A DNA stretch of 64,000 bases, from positions 6,849 through 70,848 of the forward strand of contig DAHWMK010000022.1 of assembly GCA_027343225.1 (NCBI GenBank), given 5' to 3'. Under the pieces are notes generated by a model. The model saw only the letters and a list, made by a program, of their open reading frames with translations, searched no databases and was not told the DNA's origin. A program made the translations under genes and the position numbers. Source of the stretch: Thermoplasmatales archaeon (lineage in GTDB: Archaea > Thermoplasmatota > Thermoplasmata > Thermoplasmatales > GCA-001856825). Shown here piece by piece: positions 47,039-56,503 of this stretch. Positions within the stretch are counted from its first letter, which is position 1; each line of letters opens with the position of its first letter.

Positions 47039-48514
47039 TTAAATCATTTGTTGTAGAGGCCCTCTCTGTTCCTTCCTCACCATTCTCAGCGTAGGTTTCG
47101 GATTCTTAGAAGCGTCGACGTCGTCAATTCTAGTGACCTTGAGGTTTGATGGTTCTTTTTCGAATGCTTCGTGGGATAGTTTCAGTGCCTGCCTCACAGT
47201 CTCTATAAACAGATCCATTTCAGTTTTAGTTGCGCTTTCGGTGGGTTCGATCATCAGTGCTTCAGGAACTATCAGTGGAAAATAGATGGTTGGGGCATGA
47301 ACTCCATTGTCGATAAGATGCTTTGCAATATCCCCGGCCTTTGGCATGTTGTTTCCAACAGACGAAGCAACGAACTCGTGTTTCTTGATAGTTTTTCCCG
47401 GAACAGGCATGAACTGCTCCATTCTCTTTCTCATATAGTTTGAGTTCAAAACTGCAGTTTCGCAGGCATCCCTGAGTCCCTCCTCACCCATCATTTTGAT
47501 GTAAGTCCAAGCTCTGACGAGCACGCCGAAATTACCATAGAAGCTGGCGACCTTTCCTATAGTTTTTGGCGGAACGTAATCGTTGTTGTATCTCTCTCCA
47601 TCAAAAGTGACGAGAGGGTACGGCAGGAAGTCCTTGAGCTTCTCGACTACGCCGACCGGACCGGCACCTGGTCCGCCACCACCGTGAGGGGTGGAGAATG
47701 TTTTGTGGAGGTTCAGGTGAACGATATCGAATCCCATCTTTGCGGGTGTGGTCTTCGTCATTATTCCATTCAAGTTCGCTCCGTCGTAGTAGAGAAGAGC
47801 TCCCTTGGAATGTGCATAATTTGCCATCTCTACGATCCTGTCTTCAAAAATTCCCAGAGTGTTAGGGTTGGTTATCATGAATGCGGCGGTTCTTTCCGTG
47901 ACCGCTTCTTTGAATTTTTCTATGTCGACAGTTCCATCCTCAGTCGATGGAATCTGAACGACATCGAATCCCGCCATGTGTGAAGAAGCAGGATTTGAGC
48001 CGTGTGCGGAATCCGGGACGACGACCTCTCTCCTCGTGTCCAGCTCTTTCTTGCAGTAGAAGTATGCCCTCACTATGGAAAGTCCGGTAAATTCTCCACC
48101 TGCTCCTGCCAGAGGTTGCAGGGTAATCTCGTCCATTCCGGTTATTTTCTTTAGTGACTCGGAAAGTTCGTAGAGGAGCTTCAGCGCTCCCTGAACTTCG
48201 GAAGAATCCTGGAGTGGATGGATCATCCTGAATCCGTCCATTGATGCAATCTCATCGTTTATCTTTGGGTTGTATTTCATAGTGCAGGAACCGAGAGGAT
48301 AAAAGCCAGTGTCTGCTCCGAAATTCATCTCGGAGAGTTTGACATAATGCCTGATCACTGAGAACTCCTCCCTGTCCCCAATACCGATGTTTTCACGCTT
48401 CATCGCATCAGGAACGTCTATCCTGAATTTTTCATTCTCGAGAGGGATCTTGATAGTTCTCCTTCCCTTTACGTCCAGGATTATTGGTTCGTCGAAAACT
48501 GCCTGGTGATACAT
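47039..48514 (-). CDS. gcvPB: Glycine dehydrogenase (decarboxylating) subunit 2 (P-protein C-terminal subunit)
   Basis: LGSCTMKYNPK..., PDSAHGSNPAS, HLNLHKTFSTPHGGGGPGAGP (PLP-lysine region). Confidence 0.93.
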   Translation of the reverse strand: MYHQAVFDEPIILDVKGRRTIKIPLENEKFRIDVPDAMKRENIGIGDREEFSVIRHYVKLSEMNFGADTGFYPLGSCTMKYNPKINDEIASMDGFRMIHPLQDSSEVQGALKLLYELSESLKKITGMDEITLQPLAGAGGEFTGLSIVRAYFYCKKELDTRREVVVPDSAHGSNPASSHMAGFDVVQIPSTEDGTVDIEKFKEAVTERTAAFMITNPNTLGIFEDRIVEMANYAHSKGALLYYDGANLNGIMTKTTPAKMGFDIVHLNLHKTFSTPHGGGGPGAGPVGVVEKLKDFLPYPLVTFDGERYNNDYVPPKTIGKVASFYGNFGVLVRAWTYIKMMGEEGLRDACETAVLNSNYMRKRMEQFMPVPGKTIKKHEFVASSVGNNMPKAGDIAKHLIDNGVHAPTIYFPLIVPEALMIEPTESATKTEMDLFIETVRQALKLSHEAFEKEPSNLKVTRIDDVDASKNPKPTLRMVRKEQRGPLQQMI

Positions 48515-49855
48515 TTAGGCCACCTCCCTCATGAATTCCCTGAATGCATCGAAGTCGTTGTTTGTATTCCTCTCGGTTACATTGGTAACAATATTGACCT
48601 GATTTCTGTCATTGAACCCGTATTCCTTCCCAAGTATGTGTCCAGGGATCAGGTTGTACTTTCTCGCAATCCTGTTAACGAAAGTTTTTGACTCCTTAAG
48701 CTTGAAGAGAAACTCGTTGAACACGGGTGATCCATCATAAGGTAGTTTCACTCCAAATTCCTTGACAATGTCAATAAGTTCCCTTGTTCTACCCATGTTG
48801 ACCTCTCCTATCTTCCTGAGGCCTGAATCGCCGAGCAGGGAAAGGTAAACGGCGGATGCTACTGCCATCAGAGCTTGATTGCTTGTCATGTTAGTGACAG
48901 CCTTCTCTCTCCTTATGTGCTGCTCTCTCGTTTGAAGAATCATCGAAAAAGCCACTTTGCCATTGTGGTCCTTGGTGATTCCCATTATCTTGCCTGGCAT
49001 CTTTCTTATGTACTGTTCCTTTGTTCCGAACAGACCGACTACAGGTCCTCCGAAGTTGAGTCCCAATCCCAGAACCTGGCCCTCTCCGATAGCAATATCG
49101 GCTCCGAATTTTCCAGGCGGAGCAAGCACGCCGAGTGAGATCGGGTTCACTCCGGCTACGAAGATTCTCTCATCCCCTATAGTTTCCTTGATTCTCGGAA
49201 TGTTGGTATCTATGATACCGAACATGTTTGGGTACTCCGCATATACTCCAGAAGTGTTTTCATTCAGGTTCTGTTCTAGAGAATTCAGATCGATCATTCC
49301 TTTCTCGTCAAAGTCAACTTCTTTGATCTTTATATCAGCACCCCGCGCATAATTGTCCAGTACTGCACGCTTGTTTTTGCTTATGTATTTTGGCACAATG
49401 AACTCGTCCTTACCCGTTATCGTTTTTGACATTCTAGCTGCCTCTCCAAGAGAGGTTGAGACATCGTACATAGACGAATTTACTGCATCCATCTGTAACA
49501 GTTCTGCAACGAGACTCTGATACTCGAAAAGTGCTTGCATAATGCCCTGCGATATTTCAGCTTGATAGGGCGTATATGCCGTGAGAAACTCATTCCGATT
49601 AACAACGTTTGAAATAGCAGCTGGAACGTAGTGATTGTAGAGCCCAAATCCCAGGAAAGAATGAAGTTGATTTACAGTCTTGTTCATCCCTGAATACTCT
49701 GCCGCAACCCTTCTGATCTCATCTTCGTCCATCCCATTCGGGAGACCAAGTGCTTTTGTTCTTATCGACTCTGGTATGTCTTTAAAAAGTTCATCGACGC
49801 TTCGGATGTTTAACTCGTTCAATAACTCTGATAGGTCGCTGCTCATAATGACCAT
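48515..49855 (-). CDS. gcvPA: Glycine dehydrogenase (decarboxylating) subunit 1 (P-protein N-terminal subunit)
   Basis: FLGFGLYNHYVPAAI...EFLTAYTPYQAEISQG...ALFEYQS is the canonical GcvPA pattern. Its stop directly abuts the gcvPB start. Confidence 0.92.
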   Translation of the reverse strand: MVIMSSDLSELLNELNIRSVDELFKDIPESIRTKALGLPNGMDEDEIRRVAAEYSGMNKTVNQLHSFLGFGLYNHYVPAAISNVVNRNEFLTAYTPYQAEISQGIMQALFEYQSLVAELLQMDAVNSSMYDVSTSLGEAARMSKTITGKDEFIVPKYISKNKRAVLDNYARGADIKIKEVDFDEKGMIDLNSLEQNLNENTSGVYAEYPNMFGIIDTNIPRIKETIGDERIFVAGVNPISLGVLAPPGKFGADIAIGEGQVLGLGLNFGGPVVGLFGTKEQYIRKMPGKIMGITKDHNGKVAFSMILQTREQHIRREKAVTNMTSNQALMAVASAVYLSLLGDSGLRKIGEVNMGRTRELIDIVKEFGVKLPYDGSPVFNEFLFKLKESKTFVNRIARKYNLIPGHILGKEYGFNDRNQVNIVTNVTERNTNNDFDAFREFMREVA

Positions 49856-49936
49856 ACCAGTATCATTTATGTGGATAAAATTGTTTTATTCATTTAATCC
49901 CCATAAAAAGGTATATGCAATTCGCAACATTTCGAC

Positions 49937-51097
49937 ATGGTGGACTCAAGATATCTCCTCTTCCTGACAAGAACCCTCAGGGGGTTCATATACGGAGTAT
50001 TCTCAGTTATCACCGTCATTTACCTCATTCGTTCTGGTCTAACGCCGCTGGAGTCAGGTATCGCAGTCACGTCTTCAATACTTTTAGGTTCATTCATAAC
50101 CTTTTATGTCACATCAAAATACGGTTCAGGGTACTCACGTGCCTTCCTCTTACTCTTCTCTCTTTTGCTTTTGACAGGAATAATTGGACTGTTTTCGATT
50201 CCAAATCCTGTCATGAAAGCTATGTTCGCAGTAATTGGATCACTCGGCGTCAATCCCTCTGACAACACCCTGTTCTCTGCATATGAACAGCCGATAATAG
50301 CTGGAATAAAGGACGATCAGAGGACCAAGAACAGCCTGTTTGCGCTTTACACATTTGGGGGTTACATAGCGGCATCTCTGGGTGCAACGGCTTTGAGCTT
50401 GGGCCTAAAAATCTCCTTTGAGCTATCAATCTTGTTTGCATCGGCAGTATTGGTGTCTTATCTGCTTATACCTACCACCAGTGGGAAGAAGAGCATTCTG
50501 GGTTCTCCCGTATCAAAAAGGAGCAAGGTTATAGCTAGAGACGTAAGTGCTCTATTTTCTGTAGATGCAATTGGAGGCGGATTTGTCCTGCAGGGTCTGA
50601 TGGCGTATTGGTTTGCCGAGAGATACCACTTTAGTCTTTCCCAGCTCGGTTACGTATTCGCTGTTGTGGATGTCATAACGGCTCTGTCCGTCCTTGCAAC
50701 TCCATTCATAGCCAGAAGACTTGGTTTGGTAAGGACAATGGTCTTTACGCACATACCGTCGAACATCTTCCTCATAATGATTCCCCTCGTTCCAACCCTT
50801 CCCTTAGCACTTTTGTTTCTGTTCTTGAGACAGAGCATAAGCCAGATGGACGTTCCTACAAGACAGTCGTACCTGAATAGCGTAGTCGACGAGGGAGACA
50901 GGAGTTACGTAGTTGGGGTCTCAAACGCCGTCAGAAATGCATCCAACGGTGCAACTCCTTATATTTCCACATACCTGATATCGGTTGCAGCAGGAGCCCT
51001 TTCTTTTGTGGCCGGTGGAGCGATTAAAATAGCTTATGACATCGCATTCTACCAAAGATTTAAGAATTTAAAAGAGCATTATGGAAAGGAGCAGTAA
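49937..51097 (+). CDS. MFS-type transporter
   Basis: 386 aa with about 12 TM segments in two six-helix halves joined by a basic loop (KKSILGSPVSKRSK). Confidence 0.7.
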   Translation: MVDSRYLLFLTRTLRGFIYGVFSVITVIYLIRSGLTPLESGIAVTSSILLGSFITFYVTSKYGSGYSRAFLLLFSLLLLTGIIGLFSIPNPVMKAMFAVIGSLGVNPSDNTLFSAYEQPIIAGIKDDQRTKNSLFALYTFGGYIAASLGATALSLGLKISFELSILFASAVLVSYLLIPTTSGKKSILGSPVSKRSKVIARDVSALFSVDAIGGGFVLQGLMAYWFAERYHFSLSQLGYVFAVVDVITALSVLATPFIARRLGLVRTMVFTHIPSNIFLIMIPLVPTLPLALLFLFLRQSISQMDVPTRQSYLNSVVDEGDRSYVVGVSNAVRNASNGATPYISTYLISVAAGALSFVAGGAIKIAYDIAFYQRFKNLKEHYGKEQ

Positions 51098-51333
51098 TGA
51101 CCGTTCTTTCGCTTTGCTACATATGCGGACTGCCTTCAGGGGTAACGTGCAAGATGTGTGGCAAGCCAGTGTGTTCTGAACACTACGTAGCAAAGCTAGA
51201 ACTGTGCGTCAGGTGTGCAGGGAAGCTCCATTCTCAGAGGCTAATCTATAAAAGACTGAAGGTAGAGATTCCACGTTCGACATCTGCGATGCCATTGAAA
51301 AACACAGTTTCCAAAAATCGAAATCAGTCTTGA
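51097..51333 (+). CDS. Small zinc-ribbon protein (78 aa), 8 Cys/His ligand pattern
   Basis: CYICGLPSGVTCKMCGKPVCSEHYVAKLELCVRC. Its ATG overlaps the MFS stop (TAATG). The 3' 125 nt overlap the convergent Toprim ORF, which lowers confidence. Confidence 0.4.
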   Translation: MTVLSLCYICGLPSGVTCKMCGKPVCSEHYVAKLELCVRCAGKLHSQRLIYKRLKVEIPRSTSAMPLKNTVSKNRNQS

Positions 51334-51625
51334 CTTCGTAGGAATTCAAATGTTTTATAAGCGATGCAGTCAGCCTCTTCCCTTTAGGATCCCAGTCTAG
51401 GAGAAGAATAACTTCCTTGTGATGGCTCGCAAGATTCCTGCAAAATCCTTCGATGGTCATTCGGGAATGAAGCTGCAAAATCTCCCCCTCGAAATTTAAT
51501 CTCCTGAGAGCTCGTATATCGTTCTTTCCTTCAACCACGATTGGGATCGATCGATTCTTCTCTTTCAAGTCCTCCAGTGATTTGAAGATCCTTTCGACAT
51601 TGTCCTTCGCACTCAATGGAATCAC
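51209..51625 (-). CDS. Small Toprim-domain protein (UPF0292 / RNase M5-like)
   Basis: Toprim Glu in IPIVVEGKNDIRALRRL and the DxD motif in VILLLDWDPKG. 138 aa. Confidence 0.7.
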   Translation of the reverse strand: MIPLSAKDNVERIFKSLEDLKEKNRSIPIVVEGKNDIRALRRLNFEGEILQLHSRMTIEGFCRNLASHHKEVILLLDWDPKGKRLTASLIKHLNSYEVKTDFDFWKLCFSMASQMSNVESLPSVFYRLASENGASLHT

Positions 51626-51632
51626 CTTTTAG

Positions 51633-52325
51633 TCAGATGGCTTTCGCCCTAACTATCAGTTTTTCAGACTCTGCCATATAGGGGGAGAGATCGTAATCGC
51701 CAAAAGCTCCATCCAACTCGAAATTTTCTGCCTCGAGCATCTCCCGCATCTCAGTTAAAGTTATCGGATAAATGGTAATAGTCTTTTGCACAACCCTGTT
51801 CGTCTGGTTGAATATGTGGTAAGAATACTTCAGCTGGTAACTATCTCCCGTTCTTTTTGCTTTCATCGTGAGCGTTATTGATGTTTCTCCGTCATTGAAT
51901 TCCGAGATATCGTAGGTTCCCCTCCTGAGAGAGAAACCGTTGATTACGTCAACGAAAAGAAAACCACTCTGGTGCAACACTCTCCTCGTCTCCCTAAGAA
52001 TGGTCTTCTTCTCATCGTTCGGTACTAGTAGAAGGCTGTTCAGACCTATTATGACGGTGTTGAAGTGTTTCTTGAAAGGCAGAACTCTCGAATCTCCCAT
52101 GACTTTGATGAAACTGTTGCTTGACCTCCTGAGCATGTTTGGGTTTATCTCCAGGCCAATCCCTCCCTTGAACTTTGAAATTATTCTCCCCGTTCCTGCA
52201 AATATTTCCAGGAATGGAGCGGTTGCGTTTAGTGCTTTGTAAAAGGTGATGTCCTGCCCGAATATACCGTATATCCTGTCGTAATACGTTGATTCAAAAT
52301 CATAGAAATCCTCAACTTCGTTCAT
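51633..52325 (-). CDS. Class I SAM-dependent methyltransferase
   Basis: Motif I-like FLEIFAGTGRI, then a post-I acidic residue and VIIGLNSL. 230 aa. Confidence 0.7.
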   Translation of the reverse strand: MNEVEDFYDFESTYYDRIYGIFGQDITFYKALNATAPFLEIFAGTGRIISKFKGGIGLEINPNMLRRSSNSFIKVMGDSRVLPFKKHFNTVIIGLNSLLLVPNDEKKTILRETRRVLHQSGFLFVDVINGFSLRRGTYDISEFNDGETSITLTMKAKRTGDSYQLKYSYHIFNQTNRVVQKTITIYPITLTEMREMLEAENFELDGAFGDYDLSPYMAESEKLIVRAKAI

Positions 52326-52801
52326 CTTTTGTATCCTATATTTCTCAGAAATTCCTTCCTCTCCTTGATGTCGCCCTCATTTTCGATCCCCAGTGGCCTC
52401 TCCCCGTCAAACACTCCCATCACCCCCCTGCTCTCTCCCTCCTCCCCGATAACCACAGACAGGGGGTTGGATGTGGCTGCATAAATATTCAGGACCTCTG
52501 GAACGTTCTTTATGTGCGGCAACAGGTTGATGGGAAATGAATCTCTTAGATGGATAATAAAAACGTGACCGGCAGCCAGTTTCTCTGCATTCCTAACTGC
52601 ACGTCTGATAAGTGCTTCATCGTTGCCGTCGTATCTAATCAGTCTCTTGCCTGATGCCTCACAGAACGCAATTCCGAACTTGGCGGTAGGGGAGGAGTTC
52701 TTGACTGCCTCGTACAGATCCTCGACAGTCTTGATGAAATGGGACTGTCCCAGTACCACGTTCTCATCATCCTTTTCTATCTTCACAATAGAAAAATCCA
52801 C
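52322..52801 (-). CDS. Adenosine-specific kinase family protein (PF04008/COG1839-like)
   Basis: GQSHFIKTVEDLYEAV...KFGIAFCEASGKRLIRYDGNDEAL...AGHVFIIHLRDSFPINLLPHIKNVPEVLNIYAATSNP matches my recollection of this family. 4-nt overlap with the methyltransferase gene. Confidence 0.65.
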   Translation of the reverse strand: MDFSIVKIEKDDENVVLGQSHFIKTVEDLYEAVKNSSPTAKFGIAFCEASGKRLIRYDGNDEALIRRAVRNAEKLAAGHVFIIHLRDSFPINLLPHIKNVPEVLNIYAATSNPLSVVIGEEGESRGVMGVFDGERPLGIENEGDIKERKEFLRNIGYKR

Positions 52802-52846
52802 TAATTACCAGTAAATTCATACATAAATTTATTTTCCTCGGTCGGA

Positions 52847-53203
52847 TTGAAATTGGTGAAGTCACTGCTGGTCAGAAGAGAGAAAGCAAAGGTAGTCAGG
52901 GAAGAACTCATCTCTCGGAAAATTGAGTTTTACGAGGAGAGAGACGGATTCCACTTCTTGTTCATTTTTCCAGTGATGAGGGATGAGATAGGTTTGAACG
53001 GAAAGTGGTCATACTTGGTGGGTGATGAAATAGACGAAGTTGAAATAAAAAAAGGTACATTCAAGATTGATGGATCGAAAGAAGTGATCGATCTCTTCGC
53101 ACCAAAGTTTGAAAAGAGAGGGTTGAATGTCAAGATGGATGAGCCTGACAACTTGATAGAAATAAAGAAATGGGGGAAAAAGTACCTGATCAGTGTCTCC
53201 TGA
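52847..53203 (+). CDS. Hypothetical protein (118 aa, TTG start)
   Basis: Lys/Glu-rich ORF. Its 3' end overlaps rpl15e convergently by 14 nt. Confidence 0.4.
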   Translation: MKLVKSLLVRREKAKVVREELISRKIEFYEERDGFHFLFIFPVMRDEIGLNGKWSYLVGDEIDEVEIKKGTFKIDGSKEVIDLFAPKFEKRGLNVKMDEPDNLIEIKKWGKKYLISVS

Positions 53204-53783
53204 GTCTTCCCTTTGCCCTTATTGATGGCCTTGACTTTACTGTGCCCTTGCCCTTTGTTGCAAGCCCTCTGGATTTCTTCCCAGCGGTTGATAGCCCCCT
53301 GAATACCCTTCCCTTCTGAGCGCTTTCAGTCGTCCATCCAAGATTCTTGTCATTTGAGATATAAGGATTTGCCGGATCAACTAACATGACCTCGTAGAAC
53401 TTGTGCTTACCGTCCTCTGCAAGGTAGTAGGAATTTAAAAGGACCATGTTGGGATACCTTCTCTGGGCCCTTTCCTCCGCTACCCACTTATCACTCTTTC
53501 CGTGTGTGAGCTTGTTGTAGCCATACCTTCTTGGTCTCCTTCCTCCCATTATCTTTGGTTTGTGTAAACCTCCCCGGCTTACCTTCACTCTCACTACTAC
53601 GAATCCTGGTTTAGCTTTATATCCAAGTGCTCTAGCCCTCGATAATTTGGTAGGGGTAGATATCCTCTCCACTGTACCAGATGCTCTCCACTCGGTCATC
53701 CTTTCTCTAACCATACCTTTCATCTCTTCCTTTGCAGTTAGAAAGTTGTCGGTCTGGAACGAATAGCTACTTTTTGAGGGCAA
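53190..53783 (-). CDS. rpl15e: 50S ribosomal protein L15e (eL15)
   Basis: ...RMTEWRASGTVERISTPTKLSRARALGYKAKPGFVVVRVKVSRGG...RRPRR...WVAEERAQRRYPNMVLLNSYYLAEDGKHKFYEVMLVDP follows the eL15 pattern. Confidence 0.9.
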   Translation of the reverse strand: MPSKSSYSFQTDNFLTAKEEMKGMVRERMTEWRASGTVERISTPTKLSRARALGYKAKPGFVVVRVKVSRGGLHKPKIMGGRRPRRYGYNKLTHGKSDKWVAEERAQRRYPNMVLLNSYYLAEDGKHKFYEVMLVDPANPYISNDKNLGWTTESAQKGRVFRGLSTAGKKSRGLATKGKGTVKSRPSIRAKGRLRRH

Positions 53784-53943
53784 TACATTTCACCTTTGAG
53801 CAAACAGGATTGTGACTTATTATTTATTGATTTCTTTATAGGTGAACCGCCACAAATCAGTCGCTGGTTCTGGATTCTAGGGCGCAGTTTGTCAGGAGAA
53901 ACCACTCGCAACAATAATATATAACTCCCCAATCGCAAGGAAG

Positions 53944-54453
53944 ATGAGCAGTATAAGAATAGACTTGCCACCGGATAAGGCTGCAATCATACTCAAGAGA
54001 ATTCAGAACAGACTGAGCGCGTACAAGGGGTACAAAGCCGGAGCAGATGCAAGAATATCATCTCAGGCTCTGGGTGAGGATATAGAAAAGCGGATCGACG
54101 TATCACTAACCAATTTCAAGGCAGCCATAGACAACCTGGAAATGTACGATAAGCACGATGAAAAGAGCAAGGCGGAGGAAGTTTTCAAGAAGATTGAAGA
54201 GCTCAAAAGCAAGAAGGTGGTGCTGCCATCAGAGCCAGTGCTAGTCAAAGAAGAGGACATCCAAAAAATCTACATTCTGGACGAGGTTGGTTTCAGGAAT
54301 TCTATAGATTTGCTAGATAACATCAACAGCTTCCGTTCTGCATCTATATCAGGTGATTTCGATGCTGATGTCCTGGATAAGATAAGGGGAAATATTGAGA
54401 AGATCGGAAGCTTTGTCGACGAGAAAAATCAGTCCCTGAAAACGAAGAACTAG
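53944..54453 (+). CDS. Hypothetical protein (169 aa, helical / coiled-coil-like)
   Basis: ORF with coding-like composition and no motifs. Confidence 0.45.
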   Translation: MSSIRIDLPPDKAAIILKRIQNRLSAYKGYKAGADARISSQALGEDIEKRIDVSLTNFKAAIDNLEMYDKHDEKSKAEEVFKKIEELKSKKVVLPSEPVLVKEEDIQKIYILDEVGFRNSIDLLDNINSFRSASISGDFDADVLDKIRGNIEKIGSFVDEKNQSLKTKN

Positions 54454-55463
54454 AATTTTATAAAGGCTCTCCCAAACAGTTCCCTATTCTTCATTGCCTT
54501 GTAGGCATCAGCAACCTCATAGATGGAGAATATCCTGCCGACTACTGGAGATATTTTTCCCTCTTTCGAAAGTTTCAAGGCTTTCTTCATGGTGGCCTTG
54601 GTAGAACTTACGCTACCAGCGATCGAATTTCCCTTTAGGATAAGATTACCCAGTGGCAGGCTGACGGGATTGACATCCACATTTCCAATAACAACCAGTC
54701 TACCTCCATACTTCAGCGATCTGAAAGCGTCGTTGAACGTGGGGGAACCCACTGTCTCCAGTGCAACATCCACTCCATCCCCACTGATCTCCTTCACTTT
54801 CCTAGAGAAATCAGATCCACTTACCACATAATCTGCTCCGACTTTTTGTATTCCTTCCTTTTTCCATTCACTACTGGTCTCTCCTATCACCTTAGCACCA
54901 AGCGCCTTGGCGATTTGAACCGCGTGAGACCCTACCCCTCCACCTGCACCCGTGATCAGGGCAGTCTGGCCGGCCTTGAGACCTCCGACCACTTCCAGCG
55001 CCTGGATTATCATACCGGTTACGCAGGCTGATATCGCGGCTGCCTCTGGGCTTACTCCGGAAGGTACCTTGACTAGAGATATCTCCGGAACGTTGAGGTA
55101 TTTCCTGTACGCTCCGTTGATGCTCTCCCCAAACGTTTTCTTGTTTCTGCACAGGTTCTCTCTTCCAGACGTACAGTATTCGCAGATCCCGCACGGCACG
55201 TATATGAGACTGGCTACACGATCTCCCTCCTTGAATTTGGTGACCGCATTGCCGACCTTCTTCACGGTCCCAGAGATTTCGTGACCCGGAACTATTGGTA
55301 GAACGACTCTGGGCAGGAACCCTTCCATCGTCAGTATGTCCCTGTAGCAAATTCCAGTCTCGCTCTGTTCGATCATAACTTCATTATCTCTGGGGGGCTC
55401 CTCTTCCAGCTCCCTTACTTCGGGGTACTTCTTAAGTTCGGAGAGAACTGCAGCCTTCTGCAT
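54450..55463 (-). CDS. Zinc-binding alcohol dehydrogenase (MDR superfamily)
   Basis: GICYRD...PGHEISG catalytic-Zn motif, structural-Zn CGICEYCTSGRENLC, and NAD motif GAGGGVG. Confidence 0.9.
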   Translation of the reverse strand: MQKAAVLSELKKYPEVRELEEEPPRDNEVMIEQSETGICYRDILTMEGFLPRVVLPIVPGHEISGTVKKVGNAVTKFKEGDRVASLIYVPCGICEYCTSGRENLCRNKKTFGESINGAYRKYLNVPEISLVKVPSGVSPEAAAISACVTGMIIQALEVVGGLKAGQTALITGAGGGVGSHAVQIAKALGAKVIGETSSEWKKEGIQKVGADYVVSGSDFSRKVKEISGDGVDVALETVGSPTFNDAFRSLKYGGRLVVIGNVDVNPVSLPLGNLILKGNSIAGSVSSTKATMKKALKLSKEGKISPVVGRIFSIYEVADAYKAMKNRELFGRAFIKF

Positions 55464-55492
55464 ATTCCAGAATTGATTATTGTAATAAATCT

Positions 55493-56503
55493 TTATAGCG
55501 TGCTTGCGACCTCGTTTCTAGCATCTACCATGTTCTTTAGTTTTTGATAGCCAACTTCCCTGCTTCTGGTTCTAAGGCCGCAGTCTGGATTTAGTCTCAG
55601 CCTGTCTGGTTCCAAAAGCTTCAAAGCATATTCTATCCTCTCTTTGATGAGCTGGGGTGGTTCGATAAAGTCTCTGTGAATGTCAGTAACCCCTAGACCA
55701 AGTGATATCTTTCTTGTCATGGTTTCTGAAACATCTTTAAACCTCTTGACGTCCTCATATCCCTTCCTATAGTCGCCGAGAGAAACAGGATCTCTGTTTG
55801 CAAATTCAAGGTTATAAACAGAAATGTTGAGAGAGGGAATGATGTTGAACAGGAGACCGTAATCTGTGCTGTAGCAGACATGAAGGTGCGTCTCAATTCC
55901 ATTTATTCCTTTGACGCTCTCGTTCACGGAATCCAGCACGATATCCATTTCTTCTGGACGCGTTGTTGCGGCAGGCTCATCAATCTGGATCTGGAGAGTT
56001 TCATCACCCCACGCAGCCTTCAGCTCTCTTATCTCTTGATTCATTATCTCACCGAATGCCATCGCAAGATCTCTCCTGTTCCTGTAATGGTCGTTGAATG
56101 ACCAGTCCATAAGCGTGTAAGGTCCAGTAATAGGGATCTTGATGTTCTTCTTTCCCAGTTCATTGAAGAGGTGTATCTCCTCGGTGTGAAACGGTTCCCT
56201 TCTCTTAATTGCGTCATACACGCTTCCCTTATTGTAGTACCTGTTGTCGAACGATCTAACAGGCCCGAAGATTTTTATGCCGTCCATCCTGGTTATAGGA
56301 TGCTCGTACATTTCCCATCTGTACATCTCCCCGCCGACTCCTACGTTCATAAGACCGCTTTTCTCGAAAAGGTCCAGAGTCTCCAGCGTAGCCCTCTTAG
56401 CTACTTTCTGAAATTCGTCACCTTTGAAGGACCTAAATTTTGACGACAGGTAAGTTGGTTTCCTGAAGCTTCCAATCTCTTGCGTTATAAGCTCCTGCAT
56501 CAT
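55493..56503 (-). CDS. metE: Cobalamin-independent methionine synthase, catalytic (MetE C-terminal-like) protein
   Basis: Zn ligand motifs THLHVCYS and LNPDCGLRTR. 336 aa. 4-nt overlap with the upstream MetE-N-like gene. Confidence 0.8.
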   Translation of the reverse strand: MMQELITQEIGSFRKPTYLSSKFRSFKGDEFQKVAKRATLETLDLFEKSGLMNVGVGGEMYRWEMYEHPITRMDGIKIFGPVRSFDNRYYNKGSVYDAIKRREPFHTEEIHLFNELGKKNIKIPITGPYTLMDWSFNDHYRNRRDLAMAFGEIMNQEIRELKAAWGDETLQIQIDEPAATTRPEEMDIVLDSVNESVKGINGIETHLHVCYSTDYGLLFNIIPSLNISVYNLEFANRDPVSLGDYRKGYEDVKRFKDVSETMTRKISLGLGVTDIHRDFIEPPQLIKERIEYALKLLEPDRLRLNPDCGLRTRSREVGYQKLKNMVDARNEVASTL

